A stretch of 64,000 bases of DNA from an uncultured bacterium (GCA_963708045.1 OY970181.1:1061443-1125442), one strand, 5' to 3'. Positions 39,431-50,683 are shown, counted from the first letter of the stretch. Made by a program: numbers and translations. Notes: generated by a model not told the origin, from the letters alone.

Positions 39431-40336
39431 CTAGCGCTCACGAGTGAGCGAATACAAGACCCTTGGATCAAATTCACGCATAAACTGACTTTGCCATTCC
39501 CTAATCTTTCCGGAAAATAACTGCTCTAGCGCACCAGGCTTTTCTAGTCCCGAAAGAAGCGCAAAGGCGTTGTCGCGCAGTTTTGGTTCAAAGCGCTCAC
39601 TCATGAACTTACGGACGGCCGAGGCAAAAACTTGTTTTTTGCCACCCGCGAGTCCAAGCGCTTGCGTATGATCACGGCCGACAAGCAAATCATCATCTTC
39701 CGCCTTTGTCCCAAGCTTCAGAATAACCGCAAGATAACCGCTAACGTCAATTTGAAACGGGGTTCGTCCGAAAAAAAACAAATCGGAAATAGCCGCATCA
39801 ATCGCCATTATCCGATTTACTTGCGGAAATAGTCCGCCGACTACCGAAGATGAAGAACGATTGTCGTCTGTTGCGCAAATAAAACTCCTTGTCGTGAGGC
39901 GCAATCGCAGATCATACGTTTCCGCTCCTCCGCGATGGCCAGCCGCAAAAAACATTTCCGGGAAATTGCGACAAGCGAACGGTTTTTCGTCATGAACTGT
40001 GCAACGACCTTGTTGAAGAAAACGACACGGACGATTTAGTTTCCAACTAAGCTGCCAAGTGTTTGGCACGGGAAACATACCGTCTCGCCAAACTGCATCC
40101 ACGCCAAGACTAACGCTCTGGCCGAAAAACTCTGTCGTCGTTTCGTCGGCAAGCGCCGCCAAAGCCAGAATCTCAAACAAGTTGACGGTGATTTGTGGGA
40201 ACTTGCCAGTACAGCACGGACGAGAACATGAATCCGGACAGGCATTGCGCGAAAACAGAACTTTTTGTGAATTTCGCGCGAACAAAAAAGAGCCAACGCT
40301 CTTCCCAAACTGTTGAATCCACCAATGTTTTTCCAT
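39431..40336 (-). CDS. YkgJ-like Cys-cluster (CxxxCxxxCC) protein
   Basis: CPDSCSRPCC, CRFL..GRCTVH..KPFACRNFP; start probably MEKHW after GGAAAGGAAG. Confidence 0.75.
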   Translation of the reverse strand: MEKHWWIQQFGKSVGSFLFARNSQKVLFSRNACPDSCSRPCCTGKFPQITVNLFEILALAALADETTTEFFGQSVSLGVDAVWRDGMFPVPNTWQLSWKLNRPCRFLQQGRCTVHDEKPFACRNFPEMFFAAGHRGGAETYDLRLRLTTRSFICATDDNRSSSSVVGGLFPQVNRIMAIDAAISDLFFFGRTPFQIDVSGYLAVILKLGTKAEDDDLLVGRDHTQALGLAGGKKQVFASAVRKFMSERFEPKLRDNAFALLSGLEKPGALEQLFSGKIREWQSQFMREFDPRVLYSLTRER

Positions 40337-40400
40337 TACGTACTTCCTTTCCGTTGTTATGGCGAACATCAAAAACTACCACCCCTCCTCAAAAAAGTCA

Positions 40401-40440
40401 ACCTCCCATCTTTCCACGATCGCGGAAAGATGGGAGGGGT
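40401..40440. repeat. Palindromic intergenic repeat, copy 1
   Basis: CCTCCCATCTTTCC(a)CGATCGCGGAAAGATGGGAGG; one mismatch versus 43390-43429. Confidence 0.8.
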
Positions 40441-40451
40441 AATATTTTTTA

Positions 40452-40487
40452 CAAAACAAACAGCCGTGCCCACGAATGGACACGGCG
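40452..40487 (-). terminator. Terminator-like hairpin, identical to 41069-41104
   Basis: CAAAACAAACAGCCGTGCCCACGAATGGACACGGCG. Confidence 0.75.
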
Positions 40488-40576
40488 TCGAGCAGGATTC
40501 TCTCCACGATTCCCGTCGGCAAAATTCAAACGACGAGTATTCCGCAAATGAGCTACCTTTCTTTCCTTTAAGGGCG

Positions 40577-40975
40577 CTACTTCTGCGACGCCCAAAAGGT
40601 TTGCTCCTCGGACAATTTACTGAGATCGAGTCCGAGACGTCCAGCGATCACGCGCGCAAATTCCATCCGAAATCCGTTACACCAACCCACGTGAACAATC
40701 GTGTTCGGCGGCAACTCGCCGCTTGGGGTCGTTTGGTGGTTCGCCCGATACAAGGTGCCTGTCTTCAAGAGCATCAAAGAGATTCCGCAGACCACGTCCC
40801 GAATGTTATAGCCCGAACTTAACACCTCATGCATCGCAGAAAGAGCTTGAAGCAGCCCTCTGTTCACAAAGACGACTTCAGACAAAATTTGACCAGCAAC
40901 TTTGCTTCTGTGGTGCGCCACGACAACAAACAAACTCTGTCCGTTTTTGGGCGTCCTTCGTCCTGTTTTCTTCAC
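40577..40975 (-). CDS. Hypothetical protein
   Basis: SD AAGGAGG before GTG 40975. Confidence 0.6.
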   Translation of the reverse strand: MKKTGRRTPKNGQSLFVVVAHHRSKVAGQILSEVVFVNRGLLQALSAMHEVLSSGYNIRDVVCGISLMLLKTGTLYRANHQTTPSGELPPNTIVHVGWCNGFRMEFARVIAGRLGLDLSKLSEEQTFWASQK

Positions 40976-41068
40976 GATGTCCTCCTTTGTTAAAACCAAA
41001 CATTTACTGCAACTGCCACCAGATTGGCACACGTTTTTTTGCTTGTCAATCCATCATTAGCACGATCT

Positions 41069-41104
41069 CAAAACAAACAGCCGTGCCCACGAATGGACAC
41101 GGCG
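41069..41104 (-). terminator. Terminator-like hairpin, identical to 40452-40487
   Basis: 36-bp exact duplicate downstream of the 41124-41381 ORF. Confidence 0.75.
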
Positions 41105-41123
41105 CCGAGAATTTTTCCTCCTT

Positions 41124-41381
41124 CTACTTGGCTTCGCTCTTTTCGGACGCACCCGCTGTTTTGCAGGGCAGATGCCAACCGCCCAAACCAACGGCATACT
41201 CCCACGTTTCAGGATTTAACTCGCTGAACAAAATTTTATGAGCAACCGTGGTTGGCACAAATCTTGCCGCGAAAATTGCGAGAATCGCAGGCACTGCAAG
41301 GAGCAGAGGATACTCTTCCGCAAGCGGCCCGAGACGAGTCCAGATCAGACGAAACGGCAGACAATGCGGCGTTTTTTTCAT
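41124..41381 (-). CDS. Small membrane hypothetical protein
   Basis: SD GAGGGAG; one TM segment. Confidence 0.5.
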   Translation of the reverse strand: MKKTPHCLPFRLIWTRLGPLAEEYPLLLAVPAILAIFAARFVPTTVAHKILFSELNPETWEYAVGLGGWHLPCKTAGASEKSEAK

Positions 41382-41391
41382 TTTATCTCCC

Positions 41392-41925
41392 TCAACGACG
41401 ATTTTTTCCGTGCAACCTATGAGTATGAACCATTACTCGTAGACAAAAATATGCAATTGCCGACAAACTTTGCCCTTGCCGCTCAGCTTCCCCACGAAGA
41501 GTCCAAGCCTCTTTGAAATCGGTGAACGGCGCTGCTCTTTGTGTTATAAGAGCACCTGAATCAAATTGGTTGTTTGGCGTCGTGCCTCGCTTGAACTCGC
41601 CAAGCAGTTGGGTTACTTCCTTTTTATAAGCATAGATAACAATGAACGACGGCTCGCGTTTCTTTTGCAAGAGCTTGAGATCCTCTTTGCTCTCAGCAAT
41701 CTCCAAACAAACTCGCCCAACATTCACTGTCGCCTTTGCAAGATCGTTCCGACCGTCTTTGATGCGCGAGGCAACCAAACGAGCCTCGGTAAGAGTTTCA
41801 AACGGCGTGTGGTCATTTGTTTCAAAACTCTCAGAGTCACTATTTGGATCGTTTACTGAAAGTCCAAAGAGCAAAATCAGCCCATCAACTTCGCAAACAA
41901 TCAAGTATCCTTTGATTTTTCGCAT
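41392..41925 (-). CDS. Hypothetical protein
   Basis: SD GGAGG, translationally coupled to the upstream HTH gene (TAATG overlap). Confidence 0.65.
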   Translation of the reverse strand: MRKIKGYLIVCEVDGLILLFGLSVNDPNSDSESFETNDHTPFETLTEARLVASRIKDGRNDLAKATVNVGRVCLEIAESKEDLKLLQKKREPSFIVIYAYKKEVTQLLGEFKRGTTPNNQFDSGALITQRAAPFTDFKEAWTLRGEAERQGQSLSAIAYFCLRVMVHTHRLHGKNRR

Positions 41926-42164
41926 TACTTAATTCCTCCCAAAGTAAGTTGTGCGTTTTGTTCCGGCAACACCGTTGGTTGGTCATAGTGCCAACGTGTG
42001 TCAGCACCTTCGTACATTCCAACCTCTTTTACCCCCTCTATCCATCCCATACTTTGCGACACGCCGTTCGTATTAAGACCGGCCTGCTTAGCAATTTCGC
42101 GAGTCGTGGCGGTACCACCAAGATCAAGCAACGCTTGAACAATCTTTCTATGACGTGGTTTCAT
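41925..42164 (-). CDS. Small HTH protein
   Basis: ATTREIAKQAGLNTNGVSQSM; SD AAGGAGG. Confidence 0.7.
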   Translation of the reverse strand: MKPRHRKIVQALLDLGGTATTREIAKQAGLNTNGVSQSMGWIEGVKEVGMYEGADTRWHYDQPTVLPEQNAQLTLGGIK

Positions 42165-42254
42165 CTTCCCCTCCTTGCGCTCAAGATTATATCACTAATC
42201 TTTTGCCGTCAAACCAATTTTTTGTCGAGGTTTCGCCTCGACAGAAATAACAGA

Positions 42255-43055
42255 TTAGTCGTTTAAAGACAAATATTTATTTTTCTCTTCGGCGTATATT
42301 TTTTCAATGCGCGAGGCGCTGATAGCCGTCCCATAAACTCGGAGATTATCAATATAACCAATGAGCGGAATTCCGTCCCCTGCACAAGATGATCCAATGT
42401 TTGAAACTAAATCGTTTAAATTTAAATTGAAACTGTTGGTAAGCGTCAAATGTCCGTTAAGATAATAGCTAGCCTTAGTTCCTGAACCGCTCCTTGCAAT
42501 AGCCAAATGATTCCATTTGCCATATTGAATATCGCCGATCGCATCTTCCGGACCGGCGTTATAAACGCGCAAATGATTCCCTGGTGTATTCAGATAAACT
42601 GCACTGCTATAACAGCCGGGCGAGCGTTTGCCAATTAGTGTGTTAGAGGCGCCGCTCAATTTATTGAACCAAAAAGAAACCGTACCATCGCCAACGCCGG
42701 AAATGGCGGTTGTTACATACCCCGTACCATTAAGGTTAAGAGCGCAGCCTTGTCCCGATGGCGTATAGTTTTTATTAGTCGTCGCACAAATCCAAGTTGT
42801 GCCGCCGTACAAGGTTGCGACGTTTCCATTACCACTTGCGTCCATGGCCGAAGTTCCGCTACCATCTTCAAAATCAAAAACAGCAACCGCTTCAGATCCA
42901 GCAAGATGCTGGACGCTTGCTTCAAACTGCAGACCAGAAGCAACGGCGGCTTTTTCACGCAAGCCAGAAGTTGCGACAACAGCAATGGTTGAGAGGAGGC
43001 CAATGATAGCGATTGTCACAAGAACTTCTATCAAGGTAAAAGCACGGCGTTTCAT
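42255..43055 (-). CDS. Prepilin-type protein with LamG/concanavalin-like domain
   Basis: RA/FTLIEVL; FEDGSGT..DASGNGN, TVSFWF, WNHLAI, GYIDNLRVY. Confidence 0.9.
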   Translation of the reverse strand: MKRRAFTLIEVLVTIAIIGLLSTIAVVATSGLREKAAVASGLQFEASVQHLAGSEAVAVFDFEDGSGTSAMDASGNGNVATLYGGTTWICATTNKNYTPSGQGCALNLNGTGYVTTAISGVGDGTVSFWFNKLSGASNTLIGKRSPGCYSSAVYLNTPGNHLRVYNAGPEDAIGDIQYGKWNHLAIARSGSGTKASYYLNGHLTLTNSFNLNLNDLVSNIGSSCAGDGIPLIGYIDNLRVYGTAISASRIEKIYAEEKNKYLSLND

Positions 43056-43077
43056 AAATGATTTATACCATTTATCA

Positions 43078-43338
43078 TCAAGATGTGTAATTACCGCACT
43101 TGACTAAAAATTCTTTTTGCGGCCGAGAAAGTTTTTTTATCTGCGCTTCGCGTTTGCGAGCAACGGACTCGGACACGGCTGATTTTTTCCAAACCAATTT
43201 TACCGGCCGACGCGAACGCGTGTATTTAGCACCCTTTCCCAAATTATGAATTTTAATTCTTGTCGCAACATCGGTTGTAATTCCCGTATATAAACTACCG
43301 TCGCGACATTTTACAATATAGACGAACCATTTTTTCAT
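43078..43338 (-). CDS. GIY-YIG nuclease (YazA/UPF0213-like)
   Basis: WFVYIVKCRDGSLYTGIT, HNLGKGAKYTR, KREAQIK. Confidence 0.92.
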   Translation of the reverse strand: MKKWFVYIVKCRDGSLYTGITTDVATRIKIHNLGKGAKYTRSRRPVKLVWKKSAVSESVARKREAQIKKLSRPQKEFLVKCGNYTS

Positions 43339-43389
43339 ATTTATTCAGTATAACAAATATTCACCAACAATGTTTTCGCATTTTTTAAA

Positions 43390-43429
43390 ACCTCCCATCT
43401 TTCCGCGATCGCGGAAAGATGGGAGGGGT
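43390..43429. repeat. Palindromic intergenic repeat, copy 2
   Basis: Perfect palindrome CCTCCCATCTTTCCGCGATCGCGGAAAGATGGGAGG. Confidence 0.8.
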
Positions 43430-43517
43430 GTTGTTTTTTAAATTTTTATTAAAATAAAATCGCCCCGATGACCGTCGGGGCGACTGAAGACGCCAATTCG
43501 CGTCTTATTGTTGTGCG

Positions 43518-43952
43518 CTAGCTCGCGGGACGTAACGTCATCACGTCACCTTCTAACACAAGCTCGCGATAGTAGCACGATGGCCGGGACTTACCGTCAG
43601 CACCCGGGGTGTGGCAAGCACCGTTGCCCTGCGGGGTCACGAGTATGAGCAACGAATTCTGCTCGCAGTTAACATATACCGCTACAACGGCGAGCGTGTC
43701 GCCCGAGGTAGCACCCTTGACCCAAAGTTTGTTCTTTGATGTTGACCAAAACGTCGCGACGTGTGTTCGCAACGTTTGAAGAAGCGCAGCTTCGTTCATA
43801 TATGCCACGATCAACACTTTTTGTGTGACCGCGTCCTGAACTGCGACCGGGATGACGTTCGTTGTGCCGATCGTCTCAAAGATTGCCCGCAACTTCCCAA
43901 AGTCTATCGCCAGGACATTTCCTTCTTCCAAGGACGTATGCGTGTTGGACAT
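43518..43952 (-). CDS. hisI: Phosphoribosyl-AMP cyclohydrolase
   Basis: IPVAVQD, AYMN, FWSTS..LWVKGATSG, NCEQNSLL, GACHT, SCYYR. Confidence 0.9.
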   Translation of the reverse strand: MSNTHTSLEEGNVLAIDFGKLRAIFETIGTTNVIPVAVQDAVTQKVLIVAYMNEAALLQTLRTHVATFWSTSKNKLWVKGATSGDTLAVVAVYVNCEQNSLLILVTPQGNGACHTPGADGKSRPSCYYRELVLEGDVMTLRPAS

Positions 43953-43961
43953 TACCACTCC

Positions 43962-44357
43962 TTATGTGTCCGCGTTGGACAAAATTTGGTGCATTGACGC
44001 TCTGACCCTTTCCGCAAAAGCGTCTACATCGTCAAAGGTTTCCATTGTTGTCTGTACAATTCTCTGCGATTCGGTCATTTGAAGATGGATCAAAGATCCA
44101 TCTTCAAAGCGGACTCTCAAATCCAAAACCGCGCTCGTAAGCAGTCTGAGTATTCCGTCGGTCGTCCTCGTCGGCAAACGATGATTGTCTACGGGTTCAA
44201 GCCGCAAACTAAAACAAGCCGATTCCAAAGAAATCGCGCCGGCTTGAAAGACGACCGTGTAGCTCGGCCACTCCATTTTTAGAAGCAGACGCTCAATCAA
44301 TGCAAGTGCACGATGCGCCCCACTTGAAACAGTCAGAAACCAACGTTCTTTTTCCAT
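43962..44357 (-). CDS. Hypothetical protein
   Basis: SD GGAGG before MEKERW; directly upstream of hisI. Confidence 0.55.
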   Translation of the reverse strand: MEKERWFLTVSSGAHRALALIERLLLKMEWPSYTVVFQAGAISLESACFSLRLEPVDNHRLPTRTTDGILRLLTSAVLDLRVRFEDGSLIHLQMTESQRIVQTTMETFDDVDAFAERVRASMHQILSNADT

Positions 44358-44508
44358 TTGCGATCCCTCCAATGTAAAACGAACAATCATTCCACTCTCA
44401 GAACTTGCCCATCTTTACATACGTTAAAATAAAAATCAATCCCGGTCTCTCTCCCAAAAATGGAAAGCGGCCAGGATGATTAATTAACGCTAATTTTAAA
44501 AATATTTT

Positions 44509-45249
44509 TTACCGCAATATCCAACCACCATCAACGACAATGACCTGCCCAGTAATGTAGCTAGATTTTTCCGAAGCCAAAAAGGCGACGGCGTTTGCAA
44601 TGTCCTCGGGTTCGCCCATTCTGGCGAGCGGAATCAGCGCCAAAGTTTGTTTTTGCGATTCTTCGTTCATTCCCGACGACGCGCCTGGCGTCTTAATCGC
44701 GCCTGGCGCAACCGCGTTTACGGTAATTTTTTTATGCGCGAGCTCTAGCGCGAGGGCGCGCGTAAATCCGTTAATGCCGCCCTTTGACGCGCAATAATGG
44801 GTAAGCCCTTCAAAACCAATGATTGACGCGACTGAGGAAATAGTCACAATCCGACCGCCTGGCGGCAATATTTTTGCTGCTTCTTTGGAACACAGAAAAA
44901 CGCTTTTCAAATTTACATCCATAACTTTTTCCCAATCCGCTTCGGTCATTTTTTCAAACGGAACAAACGGATAGATGCCGGCGTTATTAATAAGCGCATC
45001 CAACCGACCAAACTTATCCATTGTCTGTTTAAAAAGTGCCGAGACAGCGGCGGCATTAGAAACGTCGCATTGAACACCAATCGCTTCAACCCCTAACGCT
45101 TGCAAATCTTTTGCCGTCGCGTCGCATTCCGTTTGTTTTAAATCGGCGACAACGATATTAAAACCGTCTTTAGCCAAGGCCACAGCAATTCCCTTGCCAA
45201 TCCCCTTTGCCGCGCCGGTCACGATCGCGATTTTTTTATTTGCCGACAT
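44509..45249 (-). CDS. SDR-family oxidoreductase (FabG-like)
   Basis: [28 protein letters not shown]. Confidence 0.93.
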   Translation of the reverse strand: MSANKKIAIVTGAAKGIGKGIAVALAKDGFNIVVADLKQTECDATAKDLQALGVEAIGVQCDVSNAAAVSALFKQTMDKFGRLDALINNAGIYPFVPFEKMTEADWEKVMDVNLKSVFLCSKEAAKILPPGGRIVTISSVASIIGFEGLTHYCASKGGINGFTRALALELAHKKITVNAVAPGAIKTPGASSGMNEESQKQTLALIPLARMGEPEDIANAVAFLASEKSSYITGQVIVVDGGWILR

Positions 45250-45260
45250 ATTAGTAAAAA

Positions 45261-45869
45261 TTAATTGTTAAATTCTTCTTTAATAATTATTTTTGCTTTT
45301 CTAAGCGCGATGCCGCGATGGCTAATTAAATTTTTTTCTTCTTTGGTCATTTCGGCGTTGGTTTTGTTTAACTCAAGATTATAAAAAATCGGATCATAAC
45401 CAAAACCATTTACTCCTTTTGGTTCTTTGGCGATCACGCCGCGATATATGCCTTCGCACGTCCGCACTTTTTCGGTCGCCGGATCATAAAGCGCGACCAC
45501 CGCGCGAAATTGCGCGCCACGTTTTTCCTCGGAAAAATTTTTAAGTTCATTAAGCAATTTTTTATAACGATCTTCATCGGTTCCTGCGGCATAACGCGCC
45601 GAAAACACGCCCGGACGACCGAAAAGTGCGTCAACTTCCAACCCCGCGTCTTCCGCAAGCGTGAGAAGTCCGGTTTTTCGCCCGTACGCGAAGGCTTTAA
45701 TAAGGGCGTTGCCTTCCATTGTCATTGCCGGTTCTTCAACTTCAAAATCTTTTGAAACATCAGCTTCGTCCAAGCCGATCGTTTCAAAAGAAAGATCATT
45801 CAATTCCAAACTAATCTCGGCGATTTTCCCTTTGTTGCGCGTAGCGATAAGCAGTTTTCTTTTTGACAT
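45261..45869 (-). CDS. rdgB: Non-canonical purine NTP pyrophosphatase
   Basis: [42 protein letters not shown]. Confidence 0.95.
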   Translation of the reverse strand: MSKRKLLIATRNKGKIAEISLELNDLSFETIGLDEADVSKDFEVEEPAMTMEGNALIKAFAYGRKTGLLTLAEDAGLEVDALFGRPGVFSARYAAGTDEDRYKKLLNELKNFSEEKRGAQFRAVVALYDPATEKVRTCEGIYRGVIAKEPKGVNGFGYDPIFYNLELNKTNAEMTKEEKNLISHRGIALRKAKIIIKEEFNN

Positions 45870-45954
45870 ATAATTTATAAATATACTATACCACTTGGTT
45901 TGTTCAAATTGAACTAAACTTGCTATAATTTAACAAGTTTCAATCGCAATCTTT

Positions 45955-46563
45955 ATGACCGAAACAACGCCTTCAACTATTCCAGCCGTAATTGAATACA
46001 TCGCAATTCATCCCAAAACCGAACTTTTGGGATCGTTAACCGAAAAAGAAATCGCCGATTTTAAACGCGACGTTATTCTTCAAGCGCAAGGCGATCCGGT
46101 TATGCTTTCCGACGACACGCCGGCGATTGTTGCCGCGCTTATGTTTGCCGCGGTCTATAATGTTGCAACCGAGGTCGTCCTTTGCCAAAGCAACAAGGCA
46201 ATGGTATTACTCTTTGACCATCAAGCCGTAAAACCTCTGCGCCCAAAAAATGTCAACGAAAAAATTTGGACGCAAATTTTATTAGAAAAAGAAAAAGATA
46301 TCAGCACGAACGATGCTAACCGCGAAAGTACTATTGATCTCCAAAAAATCTGGCAACGCGCCGCGGAAGAAAACGATTTAATAAGTTGCGTTAATTATTT
46401 TATCAAATCTCTTGCCGACCATCTCCAACCTTGTGCAACGCTCCGCCTCCGCGGCACGATCCCTTGTCTGCCCCTCATGGCCGCAATCTACGTTACCCGA
46501 CCATACGGCCAAAATATTATCTACACCGACGCCGATCTAAGAAGCGTCACGCTATTTTCTTAA
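45955..46563 (+). CDS. Hypothetical protein
   Basis: 202-aa ORF upstream of the helicase, 9-bp gap. Confidence 0.65.
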   Translation: MTETTPSTIPAVIEYIAIHPKTELLGSLTEKEIADFKRDVILQAQGDPVMLSDDTPAIVAALMFAAVYNVATEVVLCQSNKAMVLLFDHQAVKPLRPKNVNEKIWTQILLEKEKDISTNDANRESTIDLQKIWQRAAEENDLISCVNYFIKSLADHLQPCATLRLRGTIPCLPLMAAIYVTRPYGQNIIYTDADLRSVTLFS

Positions 46564-46572
46564 ACATTTTTT

Positions 46573-49500
46573 ATGGACGGAAGAAGACACGGCGAACCAA
46601 TCCCTGCACCAAATGAAGAACTGTCGCCACGAGATGAACAAAATCGCGCCGACCTTAAGCCGGATTATCCGACCGTGCCAATGGACGAATACCGCGGCGA
46701 AGTTGTGGAATGTATTCGGAGCCACGAAGACGCGGTCATCATTGGCGAAACCGGTTCGGGAAAAACAACGCGCATTCCTGATTTTTTACTTGATGCCTTT
46801 CCCGAGGCAAAAATTGCCATTACCCAACCGCGCCGCGTTGCCGCGCGTTCGGTTTCCAATTTTGTCGCCAAACGCCGCGGCGGCGAAATTGGCGATGAGG
46901 TCGGCTATCAAGTGCGCTTTGAAGACAAAACAACCGAGGGAACGCGCGCTAATTTTATGACCGATGGCATCTTGCTCCGCAAGTTGCAATACGACCCCCT
47001 GCTTCGGGAATACGATATTATTATGGTTGACGAAGCCCACGAACGCAGTTTAAATATAGACTTTGTTCTCGGACTTTTAAAACGTGCCCAAGCTGGACGA
47101 AAACAAAAAGGCCTAAACGAACTTAAGGTTATTGTCACCTCAGCGACAATAGAAAAAGAAAAATTCGCCAATTTTTTTGGCGATGCGCCAACCGTTGAAG
47201 TGCCAGGACGAATGCATCCGGTAAACGTGGAATACGCCGAGCGGAGCGTGGACGACTATCCAAAAGCCGCAGCCACCAAAGTCCAACAAATTGTAATGGC
47301 GAACGAACCAGGCGACGTGCTTATTTTTATGCCCGGCGAAGAAGACATTCGCCGCACAATTTCTGAAATAGAAGAAATGGGTTTGTCGGGAATAGAAGTC
47401 CTCCCCCTCTATGGCGCGATGGCCCCCGAAGACCAAGATCGTATTTTTGAAAAATCGCCAAAACGTAAAGTAATCATTTCCACCAATATCGCCGAAACAT
47501 CGGTAACGATTGACGGCGTTCGTTTTGTTGTTGACACCGGCCTTATTAAGAAAAAAGAATTTAATCCCGCGACCGGCATTGAAGCGCTTGGAACGCAAGA
47601 ACATGCCAAAAGCGGTTGTGAACAAAGAAAAGGCCGCGCCGGACGCACCGCGCCGGGCACTTGTTATCGCTTGTACACCGAAGACGAATATGCCAACCGC
47701 GCCGACTATCAAACGCCAGAAATTTCACGGACAAATCTTGACCATGTTATTTTGCTAATGAAAAAAATCGGCATTGATGATGTCCGTAATTTTGAATTTA
47801 TTGACCGACCAAAAGAACAAGCTGTTGTCCAGGCCATTGAAACTTTAAAAATATTGGGCGCGCTTGATGACAAAGAAAATCTTACGGAAATAGGAAAAAT
47901 AATGGCCGAACTGCCACTGCGTCCAGAAATCAGCCGCATGGTAATTGAAGCGGAAAAATATCATTGCGTTGGAAAAATTTGCACCATTGCCGCAATGATG
48001 GGCGAAAAATCGGTTTTTGTTCGGCCAAAAGGAAAAGAGGCTGAAGCCGACGCCGCTCACGCCAAATTTACCCAAGGCGGCTCGGACTTTTTAAGACTTT
48101 TGGAAGTCGGCAACCAATGGTTGACTTCCGGCTTTTCCGAAAGCTGGGCGCGCGAAAATTTTTTAAACGTTCGCCAACTTTTTGAAGTCCGCGAGGTAAG
48201 AGCCCAACTGATGCGCGACCTAAAAAATCAAGGCATTGCCGCTGATGACGTAAACGGCAACGATCCCGAAGCGATCCAAAAATGCGTTGCCTCCGGTATG
48301 ATTCAATCTTTAATGATTGCCTCGGGCGACCATTCATACAAGCGTGTCGCGACAAATGCCGGCACGACCAAAGTTGATAATATTTATATTCATCCTTCCT
48401 CGGCCGCTTTTCACCGAGCAACCGAAATAATGATCGGCGCCAAAATCGTTGCCACGACAAAAACATTTGCGCGCCAATGTCAGCCAGTGCCACCGGAGTG
48501 GCTTCCCGAAATTGCGCCGCAACTTTTGGATGTTTACCGTGAAACCGCGAGCTATGACCAATTTGAAGATGTTACAACCAAAGAATTGCCTACTCTCTTA
48601 AAGGCAGTAAGAAGACTTTGTTTGAAAAAACACTACCCATTACCGACCGCGCTCGCGCCGAGGAGGTCTTTGCTCACGCCTTGGCTGACGGATTCATCCT
48701 CACTCCAGCCACCGAACGCAACAATGCTATTACTCGCGACCTTCAAACACTACGCCTTCGCTCTGGCGGGCGTGTTCAAGTGCCAAATCTTTTTACTTGG
48801 TACAAAAAACAGGCCGCGGGCGCGGCAAGCAGAAAAGACGCAATGGCGATTGACGAACGCTTGCGCTTAAACTCCGACGAATATTGTTCACCAGAAACAA
48901 GAAGGGAAATTGACCAGCTTTATCCCGAAACTATTCAAGTACAAGGACGCGCTTTGTCCGTGGAATATAGTTTCCGTCCGGCCAATGCCGACGAATGGGC
49001 ATCAGAAAATCGTGAAGAATTTAACGCGACAATTACAATCCCACCCGACCTTCTTTTTAGAATTAAAACCAGCGATATTCCAAAAATCGGCGCGAGCGGG
49101 CGACCACAAGTTCTTTGTCGCGCCGAAGGCTTTAGACGATTATACGGTCTTAACGAAAACGCGTTTATAAAAGAAAATTTGGACGACCTTCAAGCCTTTG
49201 CCGACAACGAGCGTCTTAAAAGTGTTTGGTATCGATTTGAAGCGCCAAAAATTTCAACCGAAAAACCGCTTCCCAAGGAACCGCTCCCCCCACTTGAAAG
49301 CTTGGGCGTGTTTCCGATCGCTTATGCAAAAAACTTTAAAGGCGATGACGTTTTTGCCTATCCAGCTTATGATGCTAATAAAACTTATAATTACGACCGA
49401 GGAGAGTACACCTACTTTTATGAGATTAAATATTTCCGCACCAAAGACGAAGCTGATGAAAGCAACAATCACGCTTTAGAACTTAAAGAACAAGAAATCA

Positions 49501-50222
49501 CTCTGGCTCAAGCCAATGAAACCGTAGCAAAAAAAATTATTGCTCCCGCGACAACAACCAGCGAAGATTATGGATACGAAACCGAAACCGAAACCAAAAC
49601 CAAAACCAGATCGTTTTACTCTGACCCCGGCGCAACAAGCGGGTTTGGTTCTATTTTAGACCGCCACTTTAGCAAACAAAAAACACCATCAACAAAAGCA
49701 GAAAAACCAGCCACGCCTGTGACCGAAGCCAAACCAAAAGAAAAAGAAAAAATAACCACAGAACTTCGTGCGACCCTGGAAAATGACATTGCTAATGCTA
49801 ATTTCTTTTTAAACGCCGTTCGTGCCATTCCCGAGCCTGATCCTAAAATGAAAAATGCCGACAAAATATCAAAAGTCCGCGCGCGCGCCATTGAAATACG
49901 ACGCAGTTTAAATATTGCCGAACAAGATCTTGGTGTTACCGATAACGCCGAGCAAGCGCGCGATCGCATCACTGGCATTATGCGTAATGCCGAACGCGCC
50001 GCCGCGGAAATGGCCAAACTTCAAAACAGCCGTGAAGATTGGCCAAGCCGTTTTAAAGATTTTATGGCAACACTCGCGACAATGGCCAAAACTTTGGAAA
50101 CGAACTTAGATAGTACAACGTTAGAAAAAATGAAACCCAAAGTCGCCGCGCTCGCGCAAAATAAACGTGACCCTGCTGACTTAAATGCCGAGCTGGAAAA
50201 AATAATTTTTGATTCTTTATAA
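46573..50222 (+). pseudogene. HrpA-like DEAH-box RNA helicase split by a -1 frameshift near 48580
   Basis: GETGSGKTT, TQPRRVAA, DEAH, SAT, TNIAETSVTI, QRKGRAGR, HA2 and OB-fold; second frame open from ~48567 to 50222. Confidence 0.8.
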
Positions 50223-50293
50223 TTTTTTAAATTAAAAACGAGCCTCCCCCAAAAAGGAGAAGCTCGTCAATGTGCTCGCGTCCGTTACCAAAC

Positions 50294-50683
50294 CTAATTG
50301 GTGTTGGACACGATTCCGACAGGCGGTGCGATGTCGTCGCATCCAGGGACGCCGCTCACGGTAAGAACCGTAAAGGCGTCTTCAGTAACGACGACTTGAA
50401 AGTCCTTGCGAACCTCCGCACCAAGATCGGTTTGAAGCGTCACGCTAATGCGACGCGGCTCGCTTGAGGCGAGCAGACCGAAATACGGAGCGCTTTCACC
50501 TGGTGCAATGACTTCCTCGCACTTGGGATATTCCGACATTCCGGTCGCAACATCGGTGATGCCGCAAGTGGTTTGATTGACCACCCGCAGATTGCCGACG
50601 GGGCTTGTTTCAAAAACGTTGTTTTCGTACTCGCAGGCCGGAGCCAGAACGAGTAAAAACATAATAAAAAAGATCTTGTTCAT
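50294..50683 (-). CDS. Small lipoprotein
   Basis: Lipobox LAPAC; SD GAGGGGAG. Confidence 0.7.
   Translation of the reverse strand: MNKIFFIMFLLVLAPACEYENNVFETSPVGNLRVVNQTTCGITDVATGMSEYPKCEEVIAPGESAPYFGLLASSEPRRISVTLQTDLGAEVRKDFQVVVTEDAFTVLTVSGVPGCDDIAPPVGIVSNTN

Noticed and set aside
39431-44390. Prophage or integron
   Set aside because: No integrase, terminase or structural genes, and the hairpins were not recognisable as attC sites.
48620-48870. C-terminal ~85 aa of the 765-aa helicase ORF
   Set aside because: It looks like out-of-frame run-on; the overlapping frame carries the plausible continuation.
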